In this document: positions 63,506 through 64,000 of the stretch, piece after piece
Layout of the letters: each line of letters begins with the position of its first letter
How positions within the stretch are numbered: the first letter of the stretch is position 1
DNA from: an uncultured Acidobacteriota bacterium
GTDB lineage: Bacteria > Acidobacteriota > Vicinamibacteria > Vicinamibacterales > CAVVIG01
Direction: 5' to 3'
Assembly (NCBI GenBank): GCA_963755195.1
Contig: CAVWIZ010000006.1
Span: forward strand, 193,731 to 257,730
Length of the DNA stretch: 64,000 nt
The notes under the pieces: generated by a model
The model's input: the letters and a program-made list of their open reading frames with translations, nothing else
The model's database searches: none
Told to the model about the DNA's origin: nothing
Made by a program: the position numbers and the translations under genes

Positions 63506-64000
63506 ATGGCTCGCCGCGGATTCACCGTCGTCTTCACCGTGCTCGGCTTCGCGTTGTTCGTGTCGATGGCCGGGTTCCTTCTGCTGTACTTCCTCGTCGG
63601 CCGCGAACCGGCCGTGGCGTCCAATACCACGCTCGTGCTCAAGGTCGGCGGCGATCTCGCTGAGGCGGCGCCCGCCAACGTCGTCGGGTACCTGCGCGGC
63701 GCGAACGGGCCGACCGTGCGCACCATCGTCGACAACCTGCGCAAGGCGAGCGTCGACTCGCGCGTGTCGTCGGTGCTGCTGAAACCCTCGGGATTCGACT
63801 TCCCGTACTGGGGCAAGGTCCAGGAAATCCGCGACGCGGTCGTCGAGTTCAAGAAGTCGGGCAAGCCGGTCTACGCCTACCTGGAGTACGGCGGCGATCG
63901 CGAGTACTACCTCGCCACCGCGGCCGACCGCATCTTTCTGATGCCGTCGAGCCCGCTCGATCTCAACGGCGTGGCCACCTACCAGGTGTTCCTGCGCGGC
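63506..64000 (+). CDS. sppA: signal peptide peptidase SppA (67K type), 5' partial in window
   Basis: This ORF is absent from the supplied track because it runs off the window. ATG at 63506; MARRGFTVVFTVLGFALFVSMAGFLLLYFLVG (TM), then TLVLKVGGDL..., VSSVLLKPSGFDFPYWGKVQEIRDAVVEFKKSGKPVYAYLEYGGDREYYLATAADRIFLMP, typical of the SppA N-terminal repeat. Confidence 0.8.
   Translation, partial: MARRGFTVVFTVLGFALFVSMAGFLLLYFLVGREPAVASNTTLVLKVGGDLAEAAPANVVGYLRGANGPTVRTIVDNLRKASVDSRVSSVLLKPSGFDFPYWGKVQEIRDAVVEFKKSGKPVYAYLEYGGDREYYLATAADRIFLMPSSPLDLNGVATYQVFLRG

Noticed and set aside
63226-63864. A 212-aa minus-strand ORF.
   Set aside because: It runs through the tRNA-Leu gene and is antisense to the sppA 5' region, which has clear SppA motifs. 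It is spurious.

Overview
High-GC (roughly two-thirds G+C) bacterial chromosomal segment, most likely Acidobacteriota. This placement is an inference from a TIGR03436-type 'VWFA-related acidobacterial domain' protein, a CarboxypepD_reg-type TonB-dependent receptor and many secreted proteins or lipoproteins. The content is core housekeeping, not an obvious accessory island.

Gene content in order:
- a three-gene minor-pilin module, then a zinc-ribbon/TPR protein, a coiled-coil protein and a sigma-54 response regulator
- aroB, nadB, proS, a HEAT-repeat protein, an OmpA-family porin, tatA-tatC, an S41 peptidase, smc, a DUF4097 lipoprotein, an M48 peptidase and a Uma2 nuclease
- the conserved translation supra-operon rimO | rimP-nusA-infB-rbfA-nrnA-truB-rpsO-pnp, on the minus strand
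- a TonB-dependent receptor and asnS
- a tightly packed eight-gene minus-strand array that includes an AmgK/MurU-like pair, a CYTH protein, HtrA and an M24 peptidase
- VWA plus PrcB, glgP, and an amino-acid ABC importer with a fused binding/permease protein
- an orphan receiver, a PCFCGC protein, a B12-like radical SAM enzyme, tRNA-Leu(CAG) and the 5' part of sppA

I saw no CRISPR array, transposase, integrase, toxin-antitoxin pair or recognisable defence system, and I cannot point to a convincing novel multi-gene system.

The most notable signals:
1. Single-base frame changes are very unevenly distributed. Two hot zones (about 5.2-10.2 kb and 22.9-26.5 kb) break aroB, nadB, proS, pnp and truB many times each, while about 35 kb (26.5-62.1 kb) is completely intact. 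The likeliest cause is local assembly or polishing error, and it needs checking.
2. Tandem micro-repeats with a shared GGTTCA core fill the rpsO-pnp and infB-rbfA junctions and sit at the aroB 5' end, in each case directly upstream of a start codon that lacks a Shine-Dalgarno sequence.
3. Duplicated GC hairpin units copy the stop-codon regions of two genes. In one case this produces three in-frame TGA-containing 27-bp units.
4. An intrinsic terminator lies only 17 nt upstream of rimP and may be a NusA-type attenuator.
5. There is a His/Asn/Gly-rich insertion in the SMC head.
6. A frameshifted secreted protein resembles the endostatin / C-type-lectin-like fold.

All functional calls come from motif recognition by eye. 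No database search was run.
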